A stretch of 64,000 nt of DNA from Trichinella spiralis (taxonomy: Eukaryota): assembly GCF_000181795.1 (NCBI RefSeq), contig NW_003526944.1, positions 1,657,045 to 1,721,044 of the forward strand, read 5' to 3'. A program made the position numbers and the translations under genes. Shown piece by piece: positions 1 through 13,300 of the stretch. The first letter of the stretch is position 1; every line of letters starts with the position of its first letter. The notes beneath the pieces are model-generated. The model searched no databases, was not told the origin of the DNA, and saw only the letters and a list, made by a program, of their open reading frames with translations.

Positions 1-1285
1 TGACAGATGACAGTTTGATGATGAGGTATGAAAAAAACGTGGAGCCGTAAAATTGTCCAATTGATCCTCGTGGTTTAATTCGTACTTTCATTTCAGCATT
101 CACAACATATTTTTATAAGTGAGGCACTAATGATTATCCATTTACACAGCGTAGTGGAGACAGAGCGTTCTACGTTAGCAAATACTTATATAATAATCGC
201 TTCCCCATTTGAATAGCACACAATGAATGCCCTGGGCAGTGTTCATCATCAAATTACCATAAAGTTATTTCAGTGACCTGGAAATGGACATGTTTGCCGA
301 GCGATAAGTAAACATACATAAAATTGTTTTCAAGAATTCAATAAAATTCATTTTACTGCAAGAGAAATTACATTCAATATGTTTTAAATAAAATATTTAA
401 AATGTTTATGGAATACCAAACAAACCAAATGTTCTTGTTACTTTTCAAATTTGGAGAAATCAAATTATCAGTAAATATATCTGTCATATTGAACATATTG
501 CAATTCAAGCTTCACTTAAAACTGCCAATGAAATGCAGTATATAAACATCTTTTCATAAACATGAAATTACACCAAAAAACCTTTGACAATTCTAAAAGC
601 TCATTTGTTTCTAATAATTTCTTTTGCAAACTTTTTCACTTCTCTACATTTGCATAATTATCATGAGTAAAACTGAATTTGAAATAAAAAGATACGCACA
701 AGCTGCATGCCACTTTGATATAACACATGTTTTAACTTGGTTCATATTGTACTATTATTAATATTTTGCTGCATCTTAGGTTATTAAGGTTTCTGATAGA
801 TTTCATTAAATCTTCGACTGCGAGGTTAACAGAACTGGGATTCACACAGTTAACTGGTAAGAACTGGTAACTAAGTTCAAAATCAAGCCGATCGAGTCTA
901 CAAAGTAGTGCTAAAATTAATCTATTAATATTGATGAATGTACAGTTCAACATGCAAACAAATGGTTTAGTAAGTGTTGTCATACGTATGTCACATCATC
1001 TGTATAGATGTATATGTACGTATATATGTTTATTCATTTATTTATACATATATGTATTGCAACTGCAATGTAATATTTAGAAATCAATTCTAGCAGTTAA
1101 ATATATTTTGCGAATAGAACAATGCAAATCATTCATTTCAGAGTAATTATTGTTTTGTTTTGTTTTAAATTTCAAAAGTGATTTTCCTAAATAATTGGTA
1201 CATTTTTAAATGTAATAAAATTGGTAACCAATTTATGAGCAGAAGCAAGAAAAAACAAACAAAATGTAAACACAATGAAGCAATT

Positions 1286-2302
1286 TCACGTAGTTTGCGC
1301 TGGTTGATTTGTCCCATTGATTACAATCACCCTGTTAGTATGCGTACTGACGCTTTGGGTTTTTATGGTAATATGACGTCGTAAATAGACGTTTAGCATG
1401 AGCGTTCTGAATTCACTGGTCCGAAAACATAGCAATATGAAGTGAAATATTCCAGCAAAATAAGCAATCAAAGCGTAGCGCGTCATTAGCATCGATTCGA
1501 CGACATCTTTCAACTGCAATGCAAAACTGACTACAATACTACCAACAATGATAGTCACTGTATAAGAAGAAATGCTCATGAACAGTGTGATCAACAATTT
1601 CAGGTTCATCTCCTTTCTAGTCTGTGAAACGTTCACCCCTTGATGCTTGAGCAGTCGAATTTTTCGGCGAACAAATATCATGAGGAAAATGTAAACAAAT
1701 ACTGTAGTAATCAGCAAAATATTTACATGAATCTGCTCTATCACCAAGTAGGTGTGGTTTGTTCTACTTACATACGCGCAAAATAACTGCTGCTGCACTG
1801 TCGTGAACGCATAGCCGAGTACTTCAAGCATTGCTGTGTGAATTAAAATTAAAATTACAATAATGTTCAACAATTTTGGTTTGTAAACTTGCATGTAAAA
1901 TTTTGGAACCATAATTGCCATACAGCAGTCAACAGCTGTAAACAGACTGACATCAGTCAATAAATGCAGAGCAAAATCAAAAACAACATTTTCCAAAAAA
2001 CAATCTCTTTGACTGATAAACGGCACTTCAGATACGTGACGTCGATAAAGCACACAGGATCCATAGATTAAAATTCCCAATCCATAAAGAATATAATTGA
2101 AACACAACAAGCGAACAAGAACAAATTTTTTCTGCTTCCGTATAGTTTTTTGCAAAGTCATTGCAAAAAATGCACAGCTATTCAACAGTAGCGTCACCAC
2201 ACCAACGCCAACTGCTAGCTGTGGCACGGACGCGACTTCTTCATAAATTTTGTTTCGCAGCTCTTCAGCTAGATAAACTGATGATGCATTAGTATTTTGC
2301 AT
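1286..2302 (-). CDS. Intronless 7TM GPCR (class A / serpentine chemoreceptor-like), paralog 1
   Basis: Single ORF with seven hydrophobic segments. A Cys precedes TM3 (QRDCF), the TM3 end reads AVDCCMAI..PKFY, ECL2 has a Cys (LFCA) and helix 8 reads SEFR. The first ATG is at 2302, 8 nt downstream of a TTTAG acceptor; the ORF-track start at 2329 is a TTG. Confidence 0.8.
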   Translation of the reverse strand: MQNTNASSVYLAEELRNKIYEEVASVPQLAVGVGVVTLLLNSCAFFAMTLQKTIRKQKKFVLVRLLCFNYILYGLGILIYGSCVLYRRHVSEVPFISQRDCFLENVVFDFALHLLTDVSLFTAVDCCMAIMVPKFYMQVYKPKLLNIIVILILIHTAMLEVLGYAFTTVQQQLFCAYVSRTNHTYLVIEQIHVNILLITTVFVYIFLMIFVRRKIRLLKHQGVNVSQTRKEMNLKLLITLFMSISSYTVTIIVGSIVVSFALQLKDVVESMLMTRYALIAYFAGIFHFILLCFRTSEFRTLMLNVYLRRHITIKTQSVSTHTNRVIVINGTNQPAQTT

Positions 2303-5300
2303 TTTCACATCTAAACAAATAAATTTCAATTTTCTAACATCCCTCGTGTTCTGAAATTTTTTCCCAAAATGCCTTTTTACAAGAATGACATATTTCCCTT
2401 TTGTTTAATGAAGTGCGCGATGCTGATGAAATATTTTAAAAATTTAAATATTATTAACAAGCTACAATTTCGATCAAAATTCATTCATTGTAAAACATAA
2501 AATTATATATTAACCAATAGAATGAAATGGTTCTTTTCATAATAATTGGAATAGTCTTGTTGAAAATGTTTTTCTAAAAAGCACAGGTACTCCAATTTGT
2601 TAATTTTAATTTTAAGAATATTATGCTAAAAATTAAAATTTTTACCAATTAATTTAACAGTATTCCGGCAGATGCACAGCTTCCTCAAGTTAACATAAAA
2701 TACAGAATATGTAGAACGCTTTTTTTCAATTCAAAATCCCATTCAATGCTTTCATTTGCTTTTAAAGAGACATTTGCTAATTTTCATTTGGCCGTAAAAA
2801 TTATTTGCTAGCATTTATTAACTAGATTAAGTCAATGGACGAATTTGGTTATAGCAAACAATGCAGAAGAGCCGATAAAATGACAGGCTGTATTTGCATT
2901 TAATAGCGCGCAAAATTCAAATTTCACATGTTTGCTATGACCAACTGAGCAGAACAGGCTAAAGAATGTCAAAAAACGCTTCATCATGTGTTTGTAGTTT
3001 GTTTCCACAGTCTCCCAGCAACAATTTATCATTCAACGAAAAATAATTAAGTTCAGAAAAAGCATCAGTGTAATATGCCATCATTTTATTGATTATTAAG
3101 ATTAATATTACTATTAACGAAATGAATTTAGAAAAATGAAAAATTCAAGAAATTATTTTGAAATATATGCATTGTTTTCAACAAGCTTTGAAATCAGTCA
3201 CTGAATATTCTTAATCTGTCGAAATGTTTCTCTCTTTAAATGAATTCAAATAAGCAATTATCAAATGAAATGCCAATTTCAATATTAATATATTCAAAAC
3301 TTTGTAAGCATGATCCCAGATACGATAAACAATGTAGTAAGAGTCGTAGGCTAGCAAAAGCAATTTCATATTTCAAAAGTGCAAACAATTTAAAAGCTAA
3401 TAATATTATGCAAAAATAACAAGAAAAAAACAAAAACAATTTAAATACTGACCACGTTTAAATAATAAGAATATGAGTAAACAAGTCGCCAAGTGAAAGA
3501 AGTAATATTAAAGAATATCAAAACAGCTCATTGTAATACAATGGTAGTACTATGAAAATTATATGCTTATTTCAAAAATTAAGCAGTTTACAATTGGTGT
3601 CATAATTATTCCTATAGAATAATCTGTTAAAGAAAAATTTAAAGATGAAAGTTTATGTAGATGCGCAAAAGAAGGGTACTTCAACTGCAAACAAACATGA
3701 AATGCCAAACTCACTACATGACGATGTAATTCAATTTCGTTATAATCTGATGAAATGAAATTACCAATGTAATGTAAGAATAGTGGTTCGAAAGGTGATG
3801 CACATTTATATAAAATTTAAAGACAATTAAGCAAAGAACAAAGCTTATTATTAAAATTCTTCATGAAATATAATTTATCAAGCAACAGCAAATTTGCATG
3901 TATTTGAACATTACTATCAAAATTTGCATAGAAACAAGCAATTGAAATAAATCCGCTACACATTCTCGATTATTATTTATAAAAGTAATTTAATTTGCAA
4001 GATCTAATAAACAAATATATAAATAATTTGACAAAAAATAAATGAAGCAAAATTATAATTACTTTGAAGGCACTGCGAATGAAATTCAAATCTCAAATTT
4101 TGTCGCATGTAATGATGCATGCAAAGCGGAGTTTTAATTAATTAAAAACGCGTATATTCATTTCTACATAAAATTTATTTTTAACTTAATATGATCAACT
4201 TCACAACATAATGTAATTAATTTTTTAATGCTGATTATCGCTGAGTAGTTTTACAAATTAAGAAAATGAAACTTACCATTCATAAAACGATTCGTGCAAA
4301 TAAGTACATTCAAAGTAGTAGAGATGGTTGTTCGTTGCGATTGCGATGCTTTTATCGTACAAAAAATAATTGTAATGTGCACTGTATACAGAAGTATTAG
4401 TCAATTATACGGTATGATAGAAAACATTTGAAAGAAATTTCTATTTTCCTGAATAAATAACGGGCATATACTTTCACCGACAGCATTCACATTTATGAAG
4501 ATCATGATAAAAATTTTCATTATACATTTCAATTAACGCTCTCTGACCGACAAACTTCAAATGTATCAATTACACTGTCAGCATCATCATATCAATGAAT
4601 CCATCAATCAATCAATAGGCATGAGCAAAATTTGAATAAAGGAGCAGCAATAATAAAACTGCTCGAACATTTAAATTAGTTTTGTTATATGCTCTTCATG
4701 GTGACTTCATTCGTTATTATTAATTGTTGGTAAGGGTTTCAAACAAAGATTCTGCACAAACAGAAAGACACTTCTTGTACTAGCTTTCTCATTTCATCCA
4801 ACATTTAATGCGAACAAATAATAAAATAATAAAAAAAAGCTGAATGGAAAAAATTGCAACTGCTTAGCTTTCTCTGAACTGAAGTAAAGTAACCAATTTT
4901 AAAAATTCACTTATTCATTCAGATTTATTTTCAAAATCATCAAGTAATTTTCATTATTTCAATTTTTAAAGCACATTCCAGAAGAATATGCAAATTTTAA
5001 TTATCACAGATTCGTTCCAAAATAAATATTTCACGCACACTGCGATCAGATAAATATGAAAAGGTGCAACCTGCGCAAATTGAAAAGCGTGCGTGCAATA
5101 TAGTTAGATCATTTATGATCACTGAATTCCATAATAAATTATAAGTGACTGATTAATTACATCGCACCGAATGAAAGAAATTTGTTGTCAATAATAATAG
5201 AATCAATGAAAAAAGAAAACAATAAAGCTGAACATGCAGATTTGTTCGTGAATAAGTGGGCAGAAATATCATTGAATAAAATACCAAATGAAGCGGGCAA

Positions 5301-5622
5301 TGCAATTCAGAGACATCTATTTATCTATTAATGGAGCATTTTATTGACGCTCTCTGGCCAATGAATACAAACAAACTGTTGTTCACTGGAATTAATATTC
5401 CAGTCAACGGATATGGAAATTGCAAATGGAAAATTGCATTCAGAACACTATTTTCCCTGGTCTTTGCTCGGCAAAGCAGCAAAGCAATTTGCGCACAAGC
5501 GAAAATGTGATTTCCCCATCTATCCACAACACAATACAACAGCCGCAACCTGATGTGGACAACTTAATAAATCTAAAATTGTAAGGCATTTTGAAGCAAA
5601 TGCACATGAATGAATATAATTT

Positions 5623-6654
5623 TTATTGTTGTCTCAATTCAACCGTTTCAGCTACAGATCTGACCGGCTTCTGGGCTTGAACAGACAAAGCAACACCAAC
5701 TCTCGATATCTTGGAAATTGTAAATCGTAAATATGTTCGTCGAAGCAATGTACGAAATTCGTCCATGCTGATCACGATCAACAGAAAATGCAATATACCA
5801 CAAAAGTAGGCGATCAACGAGTACCGACTTAGCAGCATGGAGTCAATGAAATTCGGCTCTTCCAAAGATAAACTGATAACAATACTGCCGACAATAATTG
5901 TCGCCGAATATGTAGCAATGCTCATGAACAACGTCATCAACAATCGAACATTCATCTCCTTCCTAGCTTTGGATATGTTCATACCATTACGTTTCAGTAG
6001 TCGTACTTTTCGATTTATGAGAATTATGAGAAATATATAAAGTAAAACTGTTAAGCAAAGCAATATATTCGTTTGTATCCTTACTTTGGAAGAGTAATAA
6101 CGAGACGTTCTCGTGCTGAAGGCGCAGAATAATTGCAAATCGTTGGACGTGTAGAAATAGCCAACAATATTTAAAACACCTGTATGAATAACAATCAGTA
6201 CGGTTATCACGTTGATCAATTTCGGCTTGAATACGTGAATGTAAAATTTAGGAACAGCGACGGCCAAACAACGGTCCACTGCGGTGAACAAATTCACGTC
6301 GGTTACTAAATGCAAAGAAAAATCCAAAAGCATATTTATAAGAAAGCACCTCTTCTGCGTGATGAAGGGCATTTTCTCAACACTGCGTACGTGTATCAGA
6401 CAAAAACCGTACGTTATCAATCCAAGACCAAACACACTGTAACTCAGATTCATCAAACGAATAAGCAAATATTTTTTCTCCTTTCGAACAGTCTTCTCCA
6501 AACTCATTGCCACATATCCACCCATATTTAGCAACAGCGTTACAAAACCAATTCCAATTGCAAAATATGGTATTGAATTCACCTGATTTGCAATCATGTT
6601 TTTCAATGCTAGAGCCTCTTCCAACATGGAGACATTTACAACAAACATATCCAT
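5623..6654 (-). CDS. Intronless 7TM GPCR, paralog 2
   Basis: 343-aa ORF collinear with paralog 1 (PFITQKRCF/PFISQRDCF, LDFSLHLVTDV/FDFALHLLTDV, AVDRCLAVAVPKFY, RKEMN, TLFMSI). Confidence 0.85.
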   Translation of the reverse strand: MDMFVVNVSMLEEALALKNMIANQVNSIPYFAIGIGFVTLLLNMGGYVAMSLEKTVRKEKKYLLIRLMNLSYSVFGLGLITYGFCLIHVRSVEKMPFITQKRCFLINMLLDFSLHLVTDVNLFTAVDRCLAVAVPKFYIHVFKPKLINVITVLIVIHTGVLNIVGYFYTSNDLQLFCAFSTRTSRYYSSKVRIQTNILLCLTVLLYIFLIILINRKVRLLKRNGMNISKARKEMNVRLLMTLFMSIATYSATIIVGSIVISLSLEEPNFIDSMLLSRYSLIAYFCGILHFLLIVISMDEFRTLLRRTYLRFTISKISRVGVALSVQAQKPVRSVAETVELRQQ

Positions 6655-7410
6655 AAAACTAACCGTTAATACAATTCTTAATAATGCTGGTGTAATTTCA
6701 AAAAATTAATCTAAAAAATGTAGGCTTTCTTCAGTCAAATCAAATTAATTGATATTAATACACACGCACTTGTAAAAATATAATTCAAAAAAGAAACATT
6801 AAACGAAGAATATTTTTAAAAGAATATCAGAATAATCAGAAAAAAATTACGTAAAAGCAATGAAGTTAAAAACAAAAAAAACAATAAATATAATAGGAAA
6901 ATAAAATTATATAATTGAAAAAGTGACAAAAGCACATGCTCAAAAGTCGCAGCCATTCATTAGTAAATGTGCAAGCAGAGAGGGTGGAAGTGACAAAATT
7001 CCGTCTCTACGAGAACGAACGCCTTCAAAATTGCCAATTATCTTCACGTACAAAATCTAAGCTGATGCACTTATGGACTTAAACAGCTACACTTGAAGCT
7101 TGTTTAAAAATTCATTGCTAACAAACTTCCAATGAAATAAGCAGTGATTAATTGCATTTCAATGACGCAATCAAAATACAAAGCTTCAAACCCAAACAGA
7201 GCAAACTACTGGCAGCAAATAATAGAACCCACTAATCAGATAACAATTGGAAAAATGTTGCCTTTTCAATTTCATTAAAAAAGTAATACCTGATGGAGAA
7301 TTAAATAATTCAAGTAAATTGCCACTTGGAAGAACACTACTTCTTCCAGGAAATAATTTTCATTTATTTCAGTTATCATTTCAAATTATTATTATTATGA
7401 AAAATTCCAT

Positions 7411-9495
7411 CTAGAAAAAATGTTGCCTCTCTTCTGTTTTCAACAATAAATCTCCACACAATTCTGGCCAGAATGGTTTTGTACTAGCAATTTCGGCCCC
7501 ACCCAAACATTCGTCTTGATCGTTGTAAAAAATCGCATACTGTCCGGCGGATATCGCTCTCACTGGATGTTTCAATTCTACTTGCAAACCTAATTCTGAT
7601 GGTAATTTTTTAACAATGCACGACGTCGATCGCAATACGTGTTGATATTTGAATTCACATTTCAATTTTCGGCTCTCTTTCAAAACTTGAGGCTCTTGTT
7701 CTTCAATCCAATACGGTTGCAACGTTTGCACCGAACTTGCATAAAGTGACGGATGAAAATTGTAACAACACTAGAAAAAAGCAGGCAAAATTGTTGTAAT
7801 CAGCATCTGCATTCGCTTACAAACTTGGAAAGATACACTGATTATCGTAAACCCACTCACAACGTAGATTGTCGAATCAACCGGATCTATCTTCGACACA
7901 AAATATGGACATTTGCCGCCGGGAATTTTGACACGTTGACCACGTGTGAATAAATGAATACCTGAAATTTATTTTATTTGTATAACTTAACTGAATAAAT
8001 TACATTGAAGCAAAAAACGTGCCTGAAAATCACTATTTAAATTAAAATGTCAATAAATCTGTCAAGTGAAAAAAAATAGAGCTGCTTCATCAATAATAAA
8101 TAACAGACCACACGAGCAACAAACAATAAATAAACACAAGTTTGTATAATAAAAATTCTGACAACAGACAATACGATTACAAGTGGTCTTTACATTTAAT
8201 ACAAATGATCTAGTAATGTATTAATGTGTTCGCATTATTAGAGGATTTCAAAGAAAATATATTATAAAGCTTTAGCAAGGTGAAATTAATGAAATTTTTA
8301 ATTTATTTTTGCAAAAATACAACATTCTCACCTTCATGCTCTCCCACTTTCTTCTGCGAATCAACATCCACAAAAAATCCCTTTTTCGGCATGACATACT
8401 TGAATAAAAATTTGGTCAAAATAAAAATCACTTGGTGAACAGTGAAAATAAACATTGCATTACATCACTAATAAAATGTTTGAAGTTCCTCTTTCCAATC
8501 ATGCATATGCCATAGCTTTCTTTTTTAGCATTTAGCCATCCCATGCCAATTCGCTCCGCCATCATGCGTACATCCTTCTTTAACCAATTTGCCAGTGGAA
8601 ACATTGTCCGACGAAGGGATGCTTGAGGAATCTGACATAAAAAATATGTCTGATCTTTCAGCTTATCGGTCGGTCGAAAAAGCTTAGCATCTCAAAATTA
8701 CAAAACGAACATCATTTTAAAGATTAGTTTAAGAGGAGAAAACAAATTTTCATAACTTCACACAAACAAACACATAACACAAACAAAAAATAAAATTTTC
8801 GTGAATAAAATCATTTTGCAATTAAAAAATTTTTCAATGAACACCACTATAAATCTTCTCATTTCTGTGCAATCTTATTAACATGTACAGTGTCATTCAT
8901 TGCTCCAATCTGTTTTTTTCAAAGTCAAGTGATAAAAAATTTAGATATTAAAAACAAAAGGTAGAAGATATTATTAAAATATATACAGAAAAATAATAAA
9001 ATTTCACATACTCTTCTCAGGTGAAAAGTTTTCTAAAAATCGTCCAAAGCTAGAACGTGCGTAATGCCCAGTTGCCACTGCGTCGACTTTCAGTGTATGC
9101 ATACAGTATGAAAAAAACAGATCGAATTTAATTAAACGATTGCATAAAATATCAGGATTCGGAGTCTTTCCTATAACGTAACCGTCAAGCAGGTTGCTGA
9201 AAAAGAAACTGTAAAAAAATTTAACAATTACAACCAATTACAATAGGAATTACGTGAAAACGTCGTCCCAGTACTCGTTGATAAAATGAACTTCGTGAAA
9301 CGGAATCTTCAAATGTCGGCAAACCTTTTGGGCATCAAGGAGATCTTTATCGGAACAGCAATAACCAAATTCATCAATTAAATCCCAGTTTTTCATAAAA
9401 ACACCAATCACATCAAAACCTCTCGCTTTCAAAAGATGAGCTGTCACAGCACTGTCTATACCACCGGAGATCGCGCAAGCCACACTTTTGAACAT
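7411..9495 (-). CDS. TRMU: Mitochondrial tRNA-specific 2-thiouridylase (MnmA/TRMU), 6 exons
   Basis: Exons 9495-9254, 9196-9012, 8690-8464, 8398-8332, 7961-7861 and 7770-7411 join in frame. Motifs: SGGIDS PP-loop, [59 protein letters not shown]. Confidence 0.95.
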
Positions 9496-9650
9496 GCTGA
9501 AATGTTTGAATCATACTGCTTACATTAAAATAACACAAAAAGTAAAAAAACAAAACAAAAATAACATCGTATTCGGCAGATGAAAAACAAATAAGCAATT
9601 TTTCAAAATCGTTTAATAATAAAGTACAGTACAACTTTGAAAATTGTGAA

Positions 9651-10352
9651 TCAATAAACTTTTCTGTCCAAGCGCTGCTTTTTTGAATTTCCATCAGGAT
9701 ATTGATCAACGATGGCCCGATTCTTTTCAACTTGAGCTCGTATGTCGAAAAGTTTCATTTCGAATTCGTCAACCGTCTCCACCTTTTCTCCAAATGAATC
9801 CAATTCATCCAATTTCAAAGGTGGCAAATAAATCTCCTGAGTTCCTTCGTGAAACGCTCCAAAATATTTCATCGTCTGCTTCAAATCGAATTCCCGTAAA
9901 CCATACTGTTCAGCTAACAGTTGAACATTGGCCCCGGAATTTTGAACTTCGTTCATCAGTTCCAAAAGTTTACTCAACTGAATTTTACCTGGTGGAACTT
10001 TCTCACGTGGAGGTTCGACAATTCCAAATTTCAGCTGCTTCTCTGCAGATATTGCCTTTCTGGGCAACATTCTACTGCTGTTCGACTGTGAAGATTCGAC
10101 AAACGAAACAGAGCGAGTGACGGACAATTTTTTCAAATTTTCATGCAATTCAGCATTTTTCGAATGGATCATTCTTTCCATTTCTGGATAGTTCTCATTC
10201 AGCTGCTGGATACGCTTCTCTTCCGAAGGATACCGCGGAGCGGCTACTGGTGGACAATCGCCGTTTTTCATTTTATTAATCAGCAACTCCGCCCGCCTAT
10301 CGACTCCAATATTTAACGCGCTGCGATAAGCCGATGATAACACTTTTCCCAT
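9651..10352 (-). CDS. NDUFAF4: Complex I assembly factor NDUFAF4-like, intronless
   Basis: N-terminal MG (myristoylation-type start), NIGVDRRAE, the signature APRYPS, K-x-x-x-L-x-x-N-L-K-K-L-x-V-x-S, R-x-LP and VPPGKIQL...LAEQY, in the order found in NDUFAF4 family proteins. Confidence 0.8.
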   Translation of the reverse strand: MGKVLSSAYRSALNIGVDRRAELLINKMKNGDCPPVAAPRYPSEEKRIQQLNENYPEMERMIHSKNAELHENLKKLSVTRSVSFVESSQSNSSRMLPRKAISAEKQLKFGIVEPPREKVPPGKIQLSKLLELMNEVQNSGANVQLLAEQYGLREFDLKQTMKYFGAFHEGTQEIYLPPLKLDELDSFGEKVETVDEFEMKLFDIRAQVEKNRAIVDQYPDGNSKKQRLDRKVY

Positions 10353-13300
10353 CGCATCAGAAAGCAGCTCAAATACTAAATACTTTTACCAAAAAATTAT
10401 TTAAATGTGAAAGTGCAACCAAACCATACGTTCCATTTATGGAACATACAATTATTAAAAAACTTATTTTAACGCAGTAGTTGAATTCTGTTATGTACAG
10501 TATCAAATAAACGAATGCAAGTTTAATTAAAATGATTTCTAATAACAAAATTTAACAATAACAAATAATGTTTAAATACATTATTTATGTTAAATTTATT
10601 CATATACAATTATTAAAAACAACATATATTGTTTTAGACTTATACGTTTTGCACGACAACGCATGATACAGTGGTTTTAGGACGCACTGAGGAATCATAA
10701 TCAATTGATGAACATTTCCGACAGTTTATCTACATGCATTACAGTTATTAAATATTATGTTCATATTATATTTTTAATTTTTTATATTATTTTCATTTAT
10801 ATTGCTTAATTAAAAAAGGAAAAACAAAATTCAGCATAACAATTGAACAGATGCTTATTAAATACCTAACATTAATACTGATCATCGAAATAAATAAAAA
10901 TTGCGTTTTAACCTTATTTAAGAAAAAAAATATAATTACACTAAAAGTACGAAGCAAAATAAGCCATATTGCAAAACAGTGACTTCACAAAAAACAATCA
11001 AACTTTTTGAATGATCAATTTTACAGTGTAACAAGATAAAAGAATGCTATAAAAAATATTATATTGATGATTAGGAAAAAAAATTGTATTTAGTAAAGTT
11101 CGGATATCTTTTACAAGATATTGCCAGTGACAAAATAGTATCAAAAAAGTATAAACTGGAATAATCCACATTACTGGTTGCCAAGTGAATATTTAGCAAA
11201 AAAGAAATTTGATGAGAAATGTGCTTGGCTTTTCAACTGTAGTTTGATTGCATGATTGATATTGAAATAACTTCACGTACACAGTAAAATGTTATGATCG
11301 TTAAACATAAATTTTCTCCATTAGCTCATCATTATCTTGAATACCACAAAATAGCTTTGCTTGTATTTGCTAGATTTAACAAGTCAACATGTCAGTATTT
11401 CGTGAAAAAAACATGCTTAAGAAAAACTATGCAATTAAATAATAAATTATAATGACGTGAGTGAAATGACGAATAAAAATATTTTTAAAAAATTAATGCC
11501 CAACATTTTTTATTCTCAGTTCTATTCTATAAATATTTTAGTTCCATCAGCATGTCGATGCTGTCAAATGCCAGTAACGCACTGCTAATTTTAACAAGTA
11601 ATGATGATCAGTGAGAATGCGCATGTAAAGTATAATTTACAATGATTGCAAAATTGTATCAACTATCTGCTTCAAAACAACAGATTTAAATGTAGAATTG
11701 CACAAAGCATTTGAAAAGAACTTCATTCCTGTTCAAAATCCAAACATAGCAGCCTTTGACTTTTCGTTAAGCCAGACAACCGCTATTTAAAATTTATCTA
11801 ACACTGCATTTTCCTACATTTCAAGTCAAGAGAATTTAATCGAAAACACATACTCCTTTTGGATACAATAATAAACAGCATAAAATTTATTCCAGTGCCG
11901 AAGAATTGCAAAATGAAAAAATAATCATCAAGTTAGTCAAACCAAAGTGTTAATTTCATTTTACGCATTAATTTATCTGAATTCGATAAGTTAAACAACT
12001 AAAATAATGTCTATGATGCTTGTCTCTATTTTATCAGTTGCATTTTTGGCATTTAATGACAAAATATTGTATTTTAAAAACAAAGCCTTCATTACACAAA
12101 CGTAATCATAGTATGCCAAGTCGGTATTAAATTAATGTCACGTATAAATAAAATATTTTCAAATACAAATTTAACTGTTGTAAATCTGTGTAACGCGAAT
12201 GCTAATCTGCAGTCTATCATATATACATTTTGCTTAAACGAAGAAAATGATACGACTTGATGGAAAGAACTTGATTTTTACTTTTCTGTAGTAGAACTGT
12301 AGAACTAGCTACAGTAAAAAAATTCCCCATCTGCATTGTTTCATCCCCGATCTCAACTAAATCTGTAAGACTGCGCAGAGCAATCTGAACTCTGAAAGCA
12401 CGTTAATATCGGCTGAACATTACATTTATTTCAAAAAAAACTGATGAGCTTAAAATACAAATTACAAAAATATCTCGTTTGCAAATATCTGAAATCAGTT
12501 GAATTTGAAAATATTTATTTTTAACCGGTTGAAAACAAATTGAAAATGCTAAATAGGCAGCTGTTGCAAAAATGATCATTTTTCATTTCTAAAATAAAAG
12601 CTCTAAGTTTAGAAATTATTTCGACATCAACATGGGAAGGTTTTAATAAAACTGCAAAATTAATATCAACACATGTTGCATGCTTATTTCAAATCAGAGC
12701 CTTTGATATTCTTTGAACATTTTATTATTAATTTAAAATAAAATTTTGATGTCAATACTTTTGACAAACAGTAATTTGATAATGTAATGTAAGTAACTGT
12801 CAGAAAAATATCCCTATTCAAATATCGACGTATCGATAGACAATTATTACATCACTAGCAAAAGCGAATTTGTAAATTTAAAATTCAAATTCATAATGCG
12901 CAGTTTGAAATTGCATTTTCGATGTCTTTTATATGTGTTCAGTTTATCATCAGAAGATATTGCAAAGTGAAAACTTCTGAGCAAATCACATAAACAAATT
13001 ATATCGCATTCAAAACATTTAAAAAGATTTACCTCTTTAGCGTCATTAAACAAAGTCGTAAATGCCGTATAAAAATCAAACCGAATCGCGATTTATACAT
13101 GCCACTTGCTGACTTCACATTTCGTATTGCGAATAAATTTCAAACAAACTTATCTTTGCTCCTTTGCTTTAGGCAAATTTTTTCGATCACATTTCATAAT
13201 TCACGGCAGTAGTAATTTTGGAACAATAACGGGACGGAAAAATTCTTTTTTCAAAAATAACATATTCGAATTTAAAGCATAAGTAATTTATAATTAAAGT

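Noticed and set aside
9683..10120. 145-aa plus-strand ORF
   Set aside because: Antisense to NDUFAF4, non-ATG start, no motifs.
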